A stretch of 29,506 nt of DNA, taken from the NCBI GenBank assembly GCA_019358935.1, contig JAHHIK010000098.1:1-29506 (forward strand), given 5' to 3'. Positions 1 through 11,209 of the stretch are shown in pieces (position 1 is the stretch's first letter; every line of letters begins with the position of its first letter). The notes beneath the pieces are model-generated. The model ran no database searches. It was not told where the DNA came from and worked only from the letters and a program-made list of their open reading frames with translations. The DNA is from Tolypothrix carrinoi HA7290-LM1. Lineage in GTDB: Bacteria > Cyanobacteriota > Cyanobacteriia > Cyanobacteriales > Nostocaceae. The position numbers and the translations under genes were made by a program.

Positions 1-122
1 TAGCCAACCTCGAAACCGAGGAAGCGTAAGCACTAGGAAAGAACGCTTTCACTTACACCGTGGAGTGAGGTATGGACAAATTATCTAGCTAGTGGTAGTT
101 CTGTCCACACATTTAGAAGCGG
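1..122 (+). mobile_element. Probable 3'/right end of an IS607 (IS200/IS605-superfamily) tnpB element, omegaRNA region; remainder lies upstream of the window
   Basis: Stacked hairpins (GAAGCGT/ACGCTTTC; TCACT/AGTGA; TGGACA-AATTATC/GGTAGTT-C-TGTCCA) ending in ...ATTTAGAAGCGG, which resembles cyanobacterial IS607 ends as I recall them. The antiporter reading frame resumes immediately after the GG. Confidence 0.55.
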
Positions 123-2171
123 TTAATTCTGCCAAGTTTACAAAAGCAGATTTTTCCCCGGCTTCAGGCACAGTCAGATTTACTTTCGGTAGTCTCCTGG
201 TTGGGAGTGCTATTTTTGCTGGTTGTAACTGGATTGGAAACAGACTTAAACTTAATTGTCCGCAAAGGCAAAACCGCCCTACTGATTTCTTTAGGGGGGA
301 TTATTGTTCCCTTTGCCACAGGATTAGGATTGGGATGGTTGCTACCAGATAACTTTTTAGCGAACCCTAACGAACGGTTAATTTTCAGCTTGTTTATCGC
401 GACTGCGATGAGTATCTCAGCAGTTCCGGTAATTGCCAAGGTACTGATGGACTTAAAGTTGATTCGGCGCGACATAGGGCAAGTTACCTTAGCTGCGGGT
501 ATGACTGATGATACTCTTGGCTGGATTCTCCTTTCTGTTGTGTCGGGTTTAGCAACCAGTGGCAAATTCGATTTTTCAACGGTATTTAGGTCGGTTGCGG
601 GAGCGGTAATATTTTTGGCAGTTGCCTTTACTATCGGGCGATCGCTTATGGCTTGGGTGTTACGCTGGGTAGATGATTACATCGGCGGCGCTACGGCTAG
701 TTTATCAGCTTTGTTAGTTTTGGCGCTAGGTGCTGCCGCTTTCACCCACTACTTAGGCATTGAAGCCGCATTGGGAGCTTTTGTTACTGGAATTCTCGCC
801 GGACAATCGCCACGCTTTAGTCGAGAGGCAGGAATAACTTTAGAAGTGATTACGGGTGGGTTTCTGGCGCCGATTTTCTTTGCCACAGCCGGATTAAAGG
901 TAGATTTAGTGAAATTGCTGGCTCCGGAAACATTATTTATTGGTTTAATTGTGTTGGCGATCGCCTGTTTTGGCAAGTTTACCGGCGCTTACATCGGTTC
1001 TCGTGTCGGTGGCTTGACTCATTGGGAAGGTATCGCGATGGGTTCGGGGATGAATGCCCGTGGCGCAATGGAGATTATTGTCGCTACTATCGGCGTTTCT
1101 TTGGGCGTACTGAACCAGCAAATGTATTCGATTATTGTCATGGTGGCGATCGTTACTTCTTTAATGGCTCCCCCTTTGTTACGCTGGTCGTTATCGAAAG
1201 TAGAAATCGGTGAAGAAGAAGCTCAACGCTTGCAAAAAGAAGTACTCGCAAGCCGCAGTTTTATTAAGCGCATCCGCCGAATACTGCTACCCACTCAAGG
1301 CGGACCGAATGTAAGATTAGCCGCTCAGTTAGTCAGCCATCTCGCACACCAAAATACCCTAGAAGTCACGGCATTGTATGCTAAAAAAGATAAAAAAACC
1401 ATAGCTAAAACAGTAGATTTATTAAGTAAAGCTATAACAAATCATACGCCTGAGTCAGCGTTCGCCGCCGTAGCCGAGCAAATTCAACTGCCGGCGGGTG
1501 GTATGTTGAACACGAAAGTAGAATCGGGAAACGATATTGCTGACGTGATTGTTAAAGAAGCCAGCAAAGGATATGACTTGATTGTGATTGGTGCAACCGA
1601 AAGTCCGCGCAAAAGCGGTGCTTTGTTTAATGTGCTGGTCGATCGCGTCATTCAGGAAGCTCCTTGCGCCACAATGGTAGTGAAGTCGAATTTGCTCAAA
1701 GCGAAAGATTTGGGCGAAGCGATTAACTCTTACAAGATTAATCAGATTTTAGTGCCTACAAGTGGCGGCGATCGCAGCGAATATGCAGTTGAAGTTGCTA
1801 GCACAATCGCGGCTCAGATTGGCGCGACTGTAACATTAGTTAATGTTGTGAATCGGACTCAGCGCGAGTATATTTTGTTTGAAGAGCAGACAATGCGATC
1901 GATAACAGATATTGCCGAACAGATTGTGGAACAGCAAGCAGAACTGGGAAGGGGACTAGGTGCTGAGGTGAAAACAGCAATTCTGACGGGAATTCCCGAA
2001 TTAGAAATTCTCAACTTTGCCCGTTCTCAGCAAGTAGATTTAATTGTCATGGGTAGCACTATTCGGACGGTAACAAATCGGGTGTTTTTCGGACACCGCG
2101 CCGATGCTATCCTGAATAAGGCACCTTGTCCGGTGGCGGTGATTACCTTAAATGGTAATTCGTGGCGTTAA
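123..2171 (+). pseudogene. CPA2-family cation:proton antiporter with two C-terminal universal stress protein (USP) domains, missing its N-terminal helices
   Basis: Many TM helices, motifs GLETDL, SISAVPVIAKVL, DD, FLAPIFF, MNARG; two USP domains (..IGAT..DRVIQEAPC, ..MGS..ILNKAPCPV). Family-like sequence continues in frame upstream of the TTG at 201 (LILPSLQKQIFPRLQAQSDLLSVVSW) back to 123, with an in-frame TAG at 114-116. Confidence 0.8.
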
Positions 2172-2371
2172 GTGAAGTTGCGCTTTATTCACCAAAGCCC
2201 CTCCGGGGCGGGTTACAGGTTTGGGGTTGCAGGTTTCAGGGAAAACCGCCCTGGAGGATTGGTCAGTATTGACCCTTTTAAGGGGAAGAAAGAAAAAAAT
2301 GTACTCTTCGATACGTAGTACTCGCTCGTAAGCGCGTCCTTACTTGAACAGGACTCTTTTAAAGGAGGAGT

Positions 2372-2403
2372 CCCCACACCCCACACCCTATACCCCACAC
2401 CCT
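2372..2403 (+). repeat. Short tandem heptamer repeats (CCCCACA/CCCTATA), STRR-like
   Basis: ccccacaccccacaccctataccccacaccct. Confidence 0.7.
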
Positions 2404-2469
2404 GTTCATCCACACGCAAAAAGCCTGGGGGTTCAATTCAAGACCATTGCGATCGCGAGCAAGTATATA

Positions 2470-2615
2470 GTGGAGCTCAAATCTCGGATGGACATCACAC
2501 AGGTTTTTTGCGACCTAGACGACTTCTGTTTAGGATTTGAGTCTAGGTGGAAACAAGCACATCTGCCGCAAATGAATGGTGAAAAGTTAAGCCGTGTCGA
2601 ATGTGCGTGAGCGAT
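2470..2615 (+). pseudogene. IS982-family transposase N-terminal remnant
   Basis: MDITQVFCDLDDFCLGFESRW..LPQMNGEK..SR, then frameshifted RMCVS; resembles the IS982 N-terminus (FCxVDDFC...SRMxLSE). Ends at the HIP1 site 2611-2618. Confidence 0.7.
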
Positions 2616-3474
2616 CGCCATCTGTCTGTTGTGTCTGGTCGTGAAATAAAATTTGTCTGGTTGGGTAAGGCAAATCGATACCGTTTTCGACAAGCTTTTT
2701 CTTGATTGCAGAAATCACTTTATCCCGCGATTTCAAATCATCTGCCCGTCGTGGCGGATTAATCCACCAACGTGCGCGGATATTAACAGTACTTTCAGCT
2801 AAATCCATCACCAGCACATCGGGAGCGGGGTCTTTCAAAACCTCCGGAACGCTATGCATTGCTTCGAGCATTAACTGCTTTGCTCTGTCGATATCATCGC
2901 CGTAGCCAATACCAACATCGTACTGCAATCGGCGATTATCAAAAGCAGTATTTACAGTTACAGAATTGGTAAATAACTCAGAATTAGGAATGACAATCCG
3001 GCGACCATCATAGGTTCTGATTGTTGTAGCTCGTGTCTGGATATTTTCGACTGTTCCCTCAAAATTTTTAAACACAATCTGGTCATCAATTTGAAACGGT
3101 TCAGTCAATAGAATTAAAATGCCAGCTAAGAAGTTTTGCAAAATATCGCGGAAGGCAAAACCAATTGCCACACCACTAATTCCCAAAAGTCGTATTAAAT
3201 CACCTGCTTTGAATGTGGGAATTACTATTGACAAAGCCACAAATAGACCCACCAGAATTGTTGTACCTTGTGCCAACCTTCCCAGTACCATTCCCAAATT
3301 CCGAGCGTGACGATAATTACGGGTCAAGCGTTTGACGACTTTCTTAATTGTCCTAGCAGCGAAAAAGAAGATGGCAAAGACGATTAATGCCAGCACGATA
3401 TTAGGCAGCAGGACAATGAATCCGTTAATCATTCCTTGAATTTTGTCCACTACTGCGGATATCTCTGCGTTCAT
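2587..3474 (-). CDS. mscS: Small-conductance mechanosensitive channel (MscS family), C-terminal tail probably truncated
   Basis: AIGFAFRDILQNFLAGILIL..EPFQIDD, GTVENIQTRATTIRTYDGRRIVIPNS, GIDLPYPT. The last codons come from the antisense IS982 remnant. Confidence 0.9.
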   Translation of the reverse strand: MNAEISAVVDKIQGMINGFIVLLPNIVLALIVFAIFFFAARTIKKVVKRLTRNYRHARNLGMVLGRLAQGTTILVGLFVALSIVIPTFKAGDLIRLLGISGVAIGFAFRDILQNFLAGILILLTEPFQIDDQIVFKNFEGTVENIQTRATTIRTYDGRRIVIPNSELFTNSVTVNTAFDNRRLQYDVGIGYGDDIDRAKQLMLEAMHSVPEVLKDPAPDVLVMDLAESTVNIRARWWINPPRRADDLKSRDKVISAIKKKLVENGIDLPYPTRQILFHDQTQQTDGDRSRTFDTA

Positions 3475-3554
3475 GTTAATTGCTTACTTACCAGCACCGC
3501 TGATGATAGTAGAAAGTTAGAAAATTTAACTCTATCTGAAGGAGCGTTAATCAA

Positions 3555-4571
3555 TTAGCTTTTGTTGAATTCTTCCTTAGAGGTAGTTGGTCCGATGATT
3601 TCTTCAACTTGGCTGACTTCAAATATTAGCTTAAAAGGTCGTCCCATCTCTTTTGCCAAAAAAGCTTCTAACAACCTCACCTGCTTGGGGGTAATAGGTT
3701 CTTTTGCCCGCACGCTTAATCTAACTTGTGGAGGATTGGTTAGCCAGTTGGTATCGCTTTTAACTAAATTCAAGCGTTGAAAGGTCACGGTTCGGTTTAG
3801 CAGCACCTTTCTGAGACTACTTTCCAGCCGTGCTTGTCTGACTAACTCGCCAAAACTCACGCTCAAAGGAATCAGCAAGACACCTGTTAAAGTCAGTGTC
3901 CAAATTAACGGTGTTCGTGCCCTTTTCAGTGGAGAATAGCCGACAATGAAAAACGTCAGCATACACGCTAAAGTAATGCCTAAGAGGTTGGTGAGGTAGA
4001 GTAAAGTTGCTCCCTGACTGAGTGACCAGTTTGCTTGCGACAGTCCTAAACCGATGACACAAACCGGCGGCATCAGAGCGACTGCGATCGCAGTTCCTGC
4101 TAAACTAGCAGATATTTTCGGTTGCACCTTGGCGTAACCACTAATCGCACCAGCTACCACCGCGATACCCAAATCTAACAAAGTCGGTTTAGAACGAGAT
4201 AACACTTCACTGCCAAAGTTGGAAATGCCGACCAGCGAACCCAAACTATAGGCGATCGCCATTGCCATCAGGGTTCCTATTACTACCGCAATCAGACCGA
4301 GACGAAACAACCTAACATTACCTGCCAACGCACCAAAGGCTAACCCCCGAATTGGCAGCATCAACGGTGCAATAATCATTGCACCGATAATCACAGCAGC
4401 GCTATTGGTGAGTAACCCAAATGTAGCGATCGCACAGGAACTAACAATTAAAATCAGGTATGTTGCGTTCGGGGTAGATTCCTCTAGCAAGTCTGTTTTT
4501 AGCTGCTCTACCTGGGTTGGTTCTAAGCTACGTTGCCTAAAGTTTCGGAAGCGATCGCCAATATCAAGCAT
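3555..4571 (-). CDS. DUF389 / TIGR00341 family membrane protein
   Basis: IATFGLLTNSAAVIIGAMIIAPLMLPI and GTAIAVALMPP motifs. Confidence 0.9.
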   Translation of the reverse strand: MLDIGDRFRNFRQRSLEPTQVEQLKTDLLEESTPNATYLILIVSSCAIATFGLLTNSAAVIIGAMIIAPLMLPIRGLAFGALAGNVRLFRLGLIAVVIGTLMAMAIAYSLGSLVGISNFGSEVLSRSKPTLLDLGIAVVAGAISGYAKVQPKISASLAGTAIAVALMPPVCVIGLGLSQANWSLSQGATLLYLTNLLGITLACMLTFFIVGYSPLKRARTPLIWTLTLTGVLLIPLSVSFGELVRQARLESSLRKVLLNRTVTFQRLNLVKSDTNWLTNPPQVRLSVRAKEPITPKQVRLLEAFLAKEMGRPFKLIFEVSQVEEIIGPTTSKEEFNKS

Positions 4572-4693
4572 TGCACTTTCCTAAAATTCTTACTTTACCT
4601 TTAATCTTTAAATTACAATCTCGTCCCTTGGGAGGTTTTATATAACAATAATTTGATTAAAATGAGCGCAGAAGTGAGCGGGGTAATTTTAGC

Positions 4694-6232
4694 ATGGCGA
4701 TTGGAGAAGCTGCAATTGAAGAAAATCTCAAGCAATTTCTTCTGGTACTTTCGGTTTCTCTGAGTGTGGCAACGCTACCACAGATATTTAGCTGGTTTCG
4801 TCATATTCCCTACACCCTACTGTTAGTGATTGTCGGGTTAATGCTGGCACTGGTAGATGTCAGATTGGTGTACCTTTCCCCTGGCTTAATTTTGTCGATT
4901 TTTCTACCTCCCTTGTTGTTTGAAGCTGCTTGGAACTTGAAATGGGCAGACTTAAAGCGGGATTTAGTGCCAATTTGTTTGTATGCGGTAATTGGGGTAG
5001 TAATTTCCATTGCCGGAGTTGCGTTTGGGTTAAATCAATTTGCCGGAATTTCCCTGACAACTGCTTTGCTAATTGGAGCTTGTCTTTCTGCCACCGATCC
5101 GGTTTCAGTCACAGCATTATTTCGGGAATTGGGAACAGAAAAACGGCTCTCAACTTTAATGGAAGGCGAGAGTTTATTTAATGATGGCATGGCAGTGGTT
5201 GCCTTTGGCTTTTTAATCGCGCTGTCGTTGGGAACCGCTGAATGGGGATTCCAACCAATTTTGGTACAGTTTTTTACAGTTGTCGGTATCGGTGTAGCGG
5301 TGGGAGCCTTAATTGGGTTTGGCATCTCTTATTTAACTCAGCGCTTCGATTTGCCCTTGGTAGAGCAGTCATTAACCTTGGTTTCCGCTTACGGTACTTA
5401 TCTAATAACTGAGGATTTAGGCGGTTCTGGAGTGATTGGAGTCGTTACTTGTGGTTTAATTCTGGGTAACTTTGGCTCTCGCATTGGCATGAACCCGCGT
5501 ACACGAGTGATTGTAACTGAATTTTGGGAGTTTTTGGCATTTTTTGTCAATTCGATTGTGTTTTTGCTGATTGGCGACCAGATACAGTTTGCGATTTTGA
5601 GAGAAAACTTGGGTGCGATCGCCATCACAGTTGCAGCGATGATTTTGACACGAGCGATCGCTATCTACGCACTGGGCAATGCGTGCGATCGTCTCGCTAA
5701 CTCGGAAATCGGCTTATCAAAGCAAACAGTACTTTGGTGGGGTGGATTGCGGGGTGCTGTTTCCATTGCCTTGGCATTAAGCGTGTCAGCCAGTTTACCA
5801 AATCGAGAAGCATTGATTGCTACAGTCTTTGGCGGAGTATTGTTTACGCTGCTCGTACAAGGATTGACCATCCAACCTTTGTTAGAAAAGTTACAATTGC
5901 TGGGAGATGCACCCCTGCGGCAGCAATATTTAGAGATAATTGCCCGTCAAACTGCCCTCAATCGAGTACTGCAACACTTAGAAAAAGTTGAGCAGCGTCC
6001 TGGTATTGAGCCAGAGTTTTACGACTATCAAGAAGCGCTGATTAAAGGACTTGAGCGTCTGCAAGCAGAAATCGAGAAATTACAGGATGAGCATCCGAAT
6101 ATGCGGGACTTTACAGTTGAGCAGCTGCGCTCAGAACTGCTAGCAATTGAAGCAGATACATATGCTGAATTTGTTCGCTCAGGTCGATTGAATCGGGAAC
6201 TTGCACCCTCTCTGCAACAGTTTATCGATTGA
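4694..6232 (+). CDS. CPA1 (NhaP-type) Na+/H+ antiporter
   Basis: FLPPLLFEAA, SATDPVSV, EGESLFNDG, GLRGAVSIALAL motifs. Confidence 0.93.
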   Translation: MAIGEAAIEENLKQFLLVLSVSLSVATLPQIFSWFRHIPYTLLLVIVGLMLALVDVRLVYLSPGLILSIFLPPLLFEAAWNLKWADLKRDLVPICLYAVIGVVISIAGVAFGLNQFAGISLTTALLIGACLSATDPVSVTALFRELGTEKRLSTLMEGESLFNDGMAVVAFGFLIALSLGTAEWGFQPILVQFFTVVGIGVAVGALIGFGISYLTQRFDLPLVEQSLTLVSAYGTYLITEDLGGSGVIGVVTCGLILGNFGSRIGMNPRTRVIVTEFWEFLAFFVNSIVFLLIGDQIQFAILRENLGAIAITVAAMILTRAIAIYALGNACDRLANSEIGLSKQTVLWWGGLRGAVSIALALSVSASLPNREALIATVFGGVLFTLLVQGLTIQPLLEKLQLLGDAPLRQQYLEIIARQTALNRVLQHLEKVEQRPGIEPEFYDYQEALIKGLERLQAEIEKLQDEHPNMRDFTVEQLRSELLAIEADTYAEFVRSGRLNRELAPSLQQFID

Positions 6233-6303
6233 CACTCCTGTTTTACTGGGCAAAGTGGCGATCGCATAAAAAACTTCACCGTTGCTTACCTGCTTTTCTT
6301 ACA

Positions 6304-6927
6304 TCAGTCTAGTGCAGCGAGTCGTTGGAATGCCGACAGTGCTAGACCATCTGCGAGGTGCTGGCGTATCACCTCGGCACACGCAGCCGGACTTAACAAC
6401 GAGGTATCGACTTCAAGGTCATAGATGCCAGGGATGTGGACTTCACGTTGCCATAACTGAACCGGACGTGGCACCGGGGAGTCGGCTGCACTGACCACGT
6501 TCCACCCCGTGTTTTGTCGTCGTTCAATAATGATCTCGATGGGGCAGTGAACGCCTACGAACAAGACCGGCAATCCGTTCAAACGCCGGGCACTATCGGC
6601 TAGAATGCCCCGCTCCCTTGCGTATGCGTCATGGTGTCCGACATCAACCACGACATTCAGTCCCAAGCGGCTGTGGGCGGCGATGGACTCATACATGGCG
6701 CTGTACAGAATGGGAACGAGGGGTTCGATGTCCTGGCGTTCTCCCCCTGGTCGCAGACCGATCCCAGGCAGGTATCGTGCGGGAGTCATTTGCATAAACC
6801 TATCGACACCCAAGTTCATCCATAGGCCATCAAACGTCTCTTGGATCACTGCGACAATGCTCGACTTCCCTGATCGTGGGGTACCATTCAGGATGATAAT
6901 CTGTCCTAGCTCCTGTGTCTGTCCCAT
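6304..6927 (-). CDS. Chloramphenicol phosphotransferase-like (CPT family) P-loop kinase
   Basis: IIILNGTPRSGKSS Walker A, LGVD, VVVDV, GVHCP..R, YDLEVDTS. Confidence 0.85.
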   Translation of the reverse strand: MGQTQELGQIIILNGTPRSGKSSIVAVIQETFDGLWMNLGVDRFMQMTPARYLPGIGLRPGGERQDIEPLVPILYSAMYESIAAHSRLGLNVVVDVGHHDAYARERGILADSARRLNGLPVLFVGVHCPIEIIIERRQNTGWNVVSAADSPVPRPVQLWQREVHIPGIYDLEVDTSLLSPAACAEVIRQHLADGLALSAFQRLAALD

Positions 6928-7040
6928 GATCGCTCCTCGCGTTCTTAATATATTGCGTTCTTAATATATATAGTTAAAAGATGGTGGCTTGTCTGGTGGG
7001 ATAGGATTTTTATTACTCCTTATCTAGATGCTTGTTTTTG

Positions 7041-7069
7041 GTAGAGACGTGACGGTGGAACGTCTCTAC
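7041..7069. repeat. Palindromic small dispersed repeat (GTAGAGACG...CGTCTCTAC)
   Basis: gtagagacgtgacggtggaacgtctctac; second copy at 11448-11476. Confidence 0.75.
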
Positions 7070-7130
7070 AATAAATTAGGGATTTCATGCCTTAATTGAG
7101 CAATGCCGATTTTTTTTAACGACCTACTTA

Positions 7131-8246
7131 ATGACTAATCAAAAACGAGTTTACATTATTTTGGGTACTCGTCCGGAAGCAATTAAACTAGCCCCGGTGA
7201 TTCAGGTATTCCAACGCTCTTCAAGCTTCGACACGCAGATAATTTTGACTGGACAGCATCGCGAAATGGTAGAGCAAGTGATGCAACTGTTCAATTTGAA
7301 GGCAGATCGCGACTTAGAGATTATGCAGCCTCAACAATCTCTGAGTGACATTACCTGCCGTAGTTTACGAGGTTTAGAAACATTATTTCAAGCAAGCAAG
7401 CCAGATTTAGTATTAGTGCAGGGAGATACGACAACGGCTTTTGCCGCGACTTTGGCAGCTTTTTATCAAAAAATTGCTGTAGGTCATGTAGAAGCGGGTT
7501 TAAGAACTGATGAATTATTCAATCCCTATCCAGAAGAAGCTAATCGTCGGTTGATTTCGCAACTTACGCAGCTGCACTTTGCCCCAACTCCTTTGGCTGT
7601 GGAAAATTTGCAACGTTCTGGGGTTTTGGGTGAAATTCACCATACGGGTAATACGGTAATTGATGCATTGTTAAATGTGGCAAGTCGCAAACCAGCTTGT
7701 AATATACCTGGTTTAAATTGGGATTCACATCGCACACTGTTGGCTACAGTCCATCGTCGGGAAAATTGGGGAGAACCGTTACAAGGAATCGCGCAAGGAT
7801 TTTTACAGATTTTAGATAAGTTTCCGGATACAGCTTTATTGTTGCCATTACACCGCAATCCCACAGTGCGAGAACCGTTGCAAGCGCTTTTAGGAAATCA
7901 TCCGCGAATTTTCTTGACAGAAGCGCTAGATTATGCTGAGTTGGTGGGGGCAATTGGGCGATCGCATCTTCTCCTCACAGATTCTGGTGGTTTGCAAGAA
8001 GAAGCACCCAGTCTCGGCAAACCAGTATTAGTTCTGCGAGAAACTACCGAAAGACCAGAAGCAGTCGCTGCGGGTACAGCCAAACTTGTCGGAACCGCTA
8101 GCGAAGACATTTTTGCCGCTGCAAGTCAGTTGCTGAGTAACTCAACCGCTTATGAAGCAATGGCAAATGCGATTAATCCCTTTGGGGATGGTCATGCAGC
8201 AGAGCGCATCTTGCAAATTGTGCAAAATTATTTGAGTATCGGTTAA
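7131..8246 (+). CDS. wecB: UDP-N-acetylglucosamine 2-epimerase (non-hydrolysing)
   Basis: GTRPEAIK, TGQH, QGDTTT, HVEAGLRT, TDSGGLQEEAP, NPFGDG. Confidence 0.97.
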   Translation: MTNQKRVYIILGTRPEAIKLAPVIQVFQRSSSFDTQIILTGQHREMVEQVMQLFNLKADRDLEIMQPQQSLSDITCRSLRGLETLFQASKPDLVLVQGDTTTAFAATLAAFYQKIAVGHVEAGLRTDELFNPYPEEANRRLISQLTQLHFAPTPLAVENLQRSGVLGEIHHTGNTVIDALLNVASRKPACNIPGLNWDSHRTLLATVHRRENWGEPLQGIAQGFLQILDKFPDTALLLPLHRNPTVREPLQALLGNHPRIFLTEALDYAELVGAIGRSHLLLTDSGGLQEEAPSLGKPVLVLRETTERPEAVAAGTAKLVGTASEDIFAAASQLLSNSTAYEAMANAINPFGDGHAAERILQIVQNYLSIG

Positions 8247-8284
8247 GGAAAATTATCGCGTGATTTCGATATAAATAAACTTTT

Positions 8285-8310
8285 AAAACCGGGTTTTCCG
8301 GTTTTTTGTT
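8285..8310 (+). terminator. Intrinsic terminator after wecB
   Basis: AAAACCGG-GTTTT-CCGGTTTT followed by T tract. Confidence 0.7.
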
Positions 8311-8318
8311 TTTTCAAA

Positions 8319-8386
8319 CAGGACTTACGCACTCGTCATGAAAGAATGAACCGCAGAGGACGCAGAGAACGCAGAGAAATAAGAGA
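8319..8386. repeat. MITE-like repeat (CAGGACTTACGC end, CGCAGAG 9-mer core), partial copy
   Basis: Same family as 14668-14762 and 22575-22668, with the core in the opposite orientation. Confidence 0.7.
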
Positions 8387-8678
8387 TAGCTAGATATAGC
8401 GGTAGCCACAAAGTTTAGGACATTTTGAATAGTCCAAACAACGTAATATTAATCATAAACCTTCTGCCTTCAGCATAGCTGCCTTCTGCCTTCTGCTATA
8501 GCTAGTGGTGCGTTATAACGTACCGAGTAGCGCGGAACCCGTTCCGGCAGCGTCTCCGACAGGAGAAGGGTAGTTTAACGCACCATTAATGGTTCAAGGT
8601 GCCGTAATGAATGCGGCATTCCACCTGCTGGTGGTTTTATATTTAATTCAACCCACCTACTTAAGTGTTTTGCAACAA

Positions 8679-10118
8679 TTACTTAGAAGTAGCTACTGGC
8701 TCGTTTACGCTTGACTCCGGTTGTTGTGTAGGCTCATCTTCTTCTGGCAAGCCGTAAATTGACCTGTACAATTTAACGTACTGCTTCGCAGATTGATACC
8801 AACTGAAGTCTTCATTCATACCGCGTTTTTGTAGTTCCAGCCATTGCGGTTTATAGCGGTAGCCTTCCCAAGCACGAATCATGCAGGTAAATAAATCTAG
8901 CGCTTCATAGCGGTCAAAACAATAACCAGTGCCTGCCCCATTCGTGGGGTCGTGGTGGGTTACAGTGTCAACTAATCCCCCGGTGCGGCGGACAATTGGC
9001 ACGCAACCATAACGCAAGGCTAGCATTTGGCTAATTCCGCAAGGTTCAAAACGGCTTGGCATTAAGAAGGCATCAGACCCAGCATAGATGCGACGAGCTA
9101 AAGCATCGTTATAAAGTAGGTAAGTTGCCATGCGTCCGGGATAACGCGATGCCATTTGCCACATTTGAGTTTCATAATTGCGATCGCCTGTCCCCAACAA
9201 CACAAATTGTGCATCTGTATATGCCAAAAACCGATCCATAATTTGCAATGTTAAGTCAATGCCTTTTTGGTCTACTAATCGTGTCACCATCCCAATTAAA
9301 AAGGCATTGTTGTTAACTTCTAATCCCACTTCTTCCTGCAAAGCAATTTTATCAGCTTTGCGTTTTTCTAATGTGTCGGGAGTAAAAGTTTGGGCGATGT
9401 ATTTATCATCTGCTGGGTTGTAAATCTCGGTATCTACACCATTAATAATCCCAGATAACTTACCGCTAATAAAAGACAGCAAACCTTCTAAAGTTTCACC
9501 GTATTCAGGTGTCTTGATTTGCTCGGCATAAGTAGGAGAAACTGTATTTACCCTATCAGCGTACTGCACGGCTGCTGCCATTGTGTTGTGTCCTTGCATA
9601 TACCAAGGACACCAAGTAATTTTCTCTAAATACCAACGCCACGGACCTTGATAAGCCAAGTTATGAATTGTAAAAACGGTGGTAATATCAGGGTCTTGAT
9701 TCATCCACACCGGAATCATCCCCGTGTGCCAATCGTGACAGTGAACTATTTCTGGCTTCCAATAATTCCAGCAAAACTCGGCTGCACCGTTAGCAAACAA
9801 TGTAAACCGCCAATCTTCATCATCTCCAGAATAAATGCGGCGGGGCATGAATGCGGGATGTCCAAATAAATATAACGGAACATCAGTACCGGGCAGAATT
9901 GTTTCATAAACTGCAAAGTGCTGAAACATCGCATCTCCCCACCAAATCGGTTCTTTGGGGATTTCCATTTTGTCTGGCAACATGCCGTAGTATGGCATGA
10001 AGATTCGCACATCATGCCCCATTTGTCTGAGGAATTTGGGTAAAGCACCGACAACATCACCCATTCCGCCAACTTTCGCAATGGGAGCTGCCTCAGCTGC
10101 TACAAATAAAATCCGCAT
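8679..10118 (-). CDS. glgA: Glycogen synthase
   Basis: [34 protein letters not shown]. Confidence 0.98.
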   Translation of the reverse strand: MRILFVAAEAAPIAKVGGMGDVVGALPKFLRQMGHDVRIFMPYYGMLPDKMEIPKEPIWWGDAMFQHFAVYETILPGTDVPLYLFGHPAFMPRRIYSGDDEDWRFTLFANGAAEFCWNYWKPEIVHCHDWHTGMIPVWMNQDPDITTVFTIHNLAYQGPWRWYLEKITWCPWYMQGHNTMAAAVQYADRVNTVSPTYAEQIKTPEYGETLEGLLSFISGKLSGIINGVDTEIYNPADDKYIAQTFTPDTLEKRKADKIALQEEVGLEVNNNAFLIGMVTRLVDQKGIDLTLQIMDRFLAYTDAQFVLLGTGDRNYETQMWQMASRYPGRMATYLLYNDALARRIYAGSDAFLMPSRFEPCGISQMLALRYGCVPIVRRTGGLVDTVTHHDPTNGAGTGYCFDRYEALDLFTCMIRAWEGYRYKPQWLELQKRGMNEDFSWYQSAKQYVKLYRSIYGLPEEDEPTQQPESSVNEPVATSK

Positions 10119-10159
10119 GGTAGTTTCTGTTTCCCCGTGCCTACATCAGAATTCCACAT

Positions 10160-10184
10160 GTAGGGCAGGCATTGCCCACCCTAC
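10160..10184. repeat. Palindromic small dispersed repeat
   Basis: gtagggcaggcattgcccaccctac. Confidence 0.65.
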
Positions 10185-10237
10185 TTATTGACAATGGAAA
10201 TCTTTCTTCATCTAATCACATCTGCTTGTGCAACAGC

Positions 10238-11209
10238 TCAAGAACCGCGTTGAATCTCGGTGAATATTTTATCTAAAATTTCCTGCGCTCCGTGTTGCCG
10301 CAACAGTTGTGCCAGTTGGATGCCTAGTTGTTCGGCATTTGCAGCAGAACCTGTGACGGTATCTTTGACCAGATTTTTGCCATCGACGCTGGCAACTATG
10401 CCAGATAATGTTAAATTATCACCATTTAGCTCGGTATTTACACCAATAGGTACTTGACAACCGCCTTCTAATTCACGTAAGAAAGCGCGTTCGGCTAAAC
10501 AGCGATCGCGTGTTTGTGAATGCTCAATACCTTTAAGTAGCGAGATTAACTCACTATCATCAGCACGGCATTCGATACCTAATGCACCTTGTCCAACTGC
10601 GTGGAGAGAAATTTCTTTGGGGAGGATTTGATGAATGCGATCGCTCATTCCCAATCGCTCTAAACCTGCTACCGCCAGAATTATCGCATCATATTCACCC
10701 GCATCTAATTTTGCCATGCGTGTATTCAAGTTTCCTCGAATATCTTTAAATGTAAAGTGGGGAAAATGATGTCGCAATTGTGCCAGCCGGCGCAGCGAAG
10801 ATGTACCGATTACCGCACCCGATGGTAAAGTATCAATTTGCTTGTCTTTGTGCTTTTCATGCACCACCAAAGCATCTGCGGGGTTTTCCCGTTCTGTAAT
10901 TGCTGCCAGTGCTAACCCTTCTGGCAAGCGAGTCGGTAGATCCTTAAGAGAATGAACGGCAAAATCAATCTCCCGGTTAAGCATTCCTACTTCGAGTTCT
11001 TTGGTAAATAGTCCCTTGTCCCCAATCTTGGCTAATGCCACATCCAAGATTTTGTCTCCTTGAGTGGACATGGAATGAACTTCAAAAGTGATATCCGGAA
11101 AGAGTTTCTGAAGTTGTTCTTGTACCCAGTGAGTCTGAACCAGAGCAAGTTGGCTTTTGCGGGTACCGATGCGAATTGTGCGTGGAGGACTGGATACAGA
11201 TGATGTCAT
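10238..11209 (-). CDS. hemC: Hydroxymethylbilane synthase (porphobilinogen deaminase)
   Basis: [40 protein letters not shown]. Confidence 0.98.
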   Translation of the reverse strand: MTSSVSSPPRTIRIGTRKSQLALVQTHWVQEQLQKLFPDITFEVHSMSTQGDKILDVALAKIGDKGLFTKELEVGMLNREIDFAVHSLKDLPTRLPEGLALAAITERENPADALVVHEKHKDKQIDTLPSGAVIGTSSLRRLAQLRHHFPHFTFKDIRGNLNTRMAKLDAGEYDAIILAVAGLERLGMSDRIHQILPKEISLHAVGQGALGIECRADDSELISLLKGIEHSQTRDRCLAERAFLRELEGGCQVPIGVNTELNGDNLTLSGIVASVDGKNLVKDTVTGSAANAEQLGIQLAQLLRQHGAQEILDKIFTEIQRGS

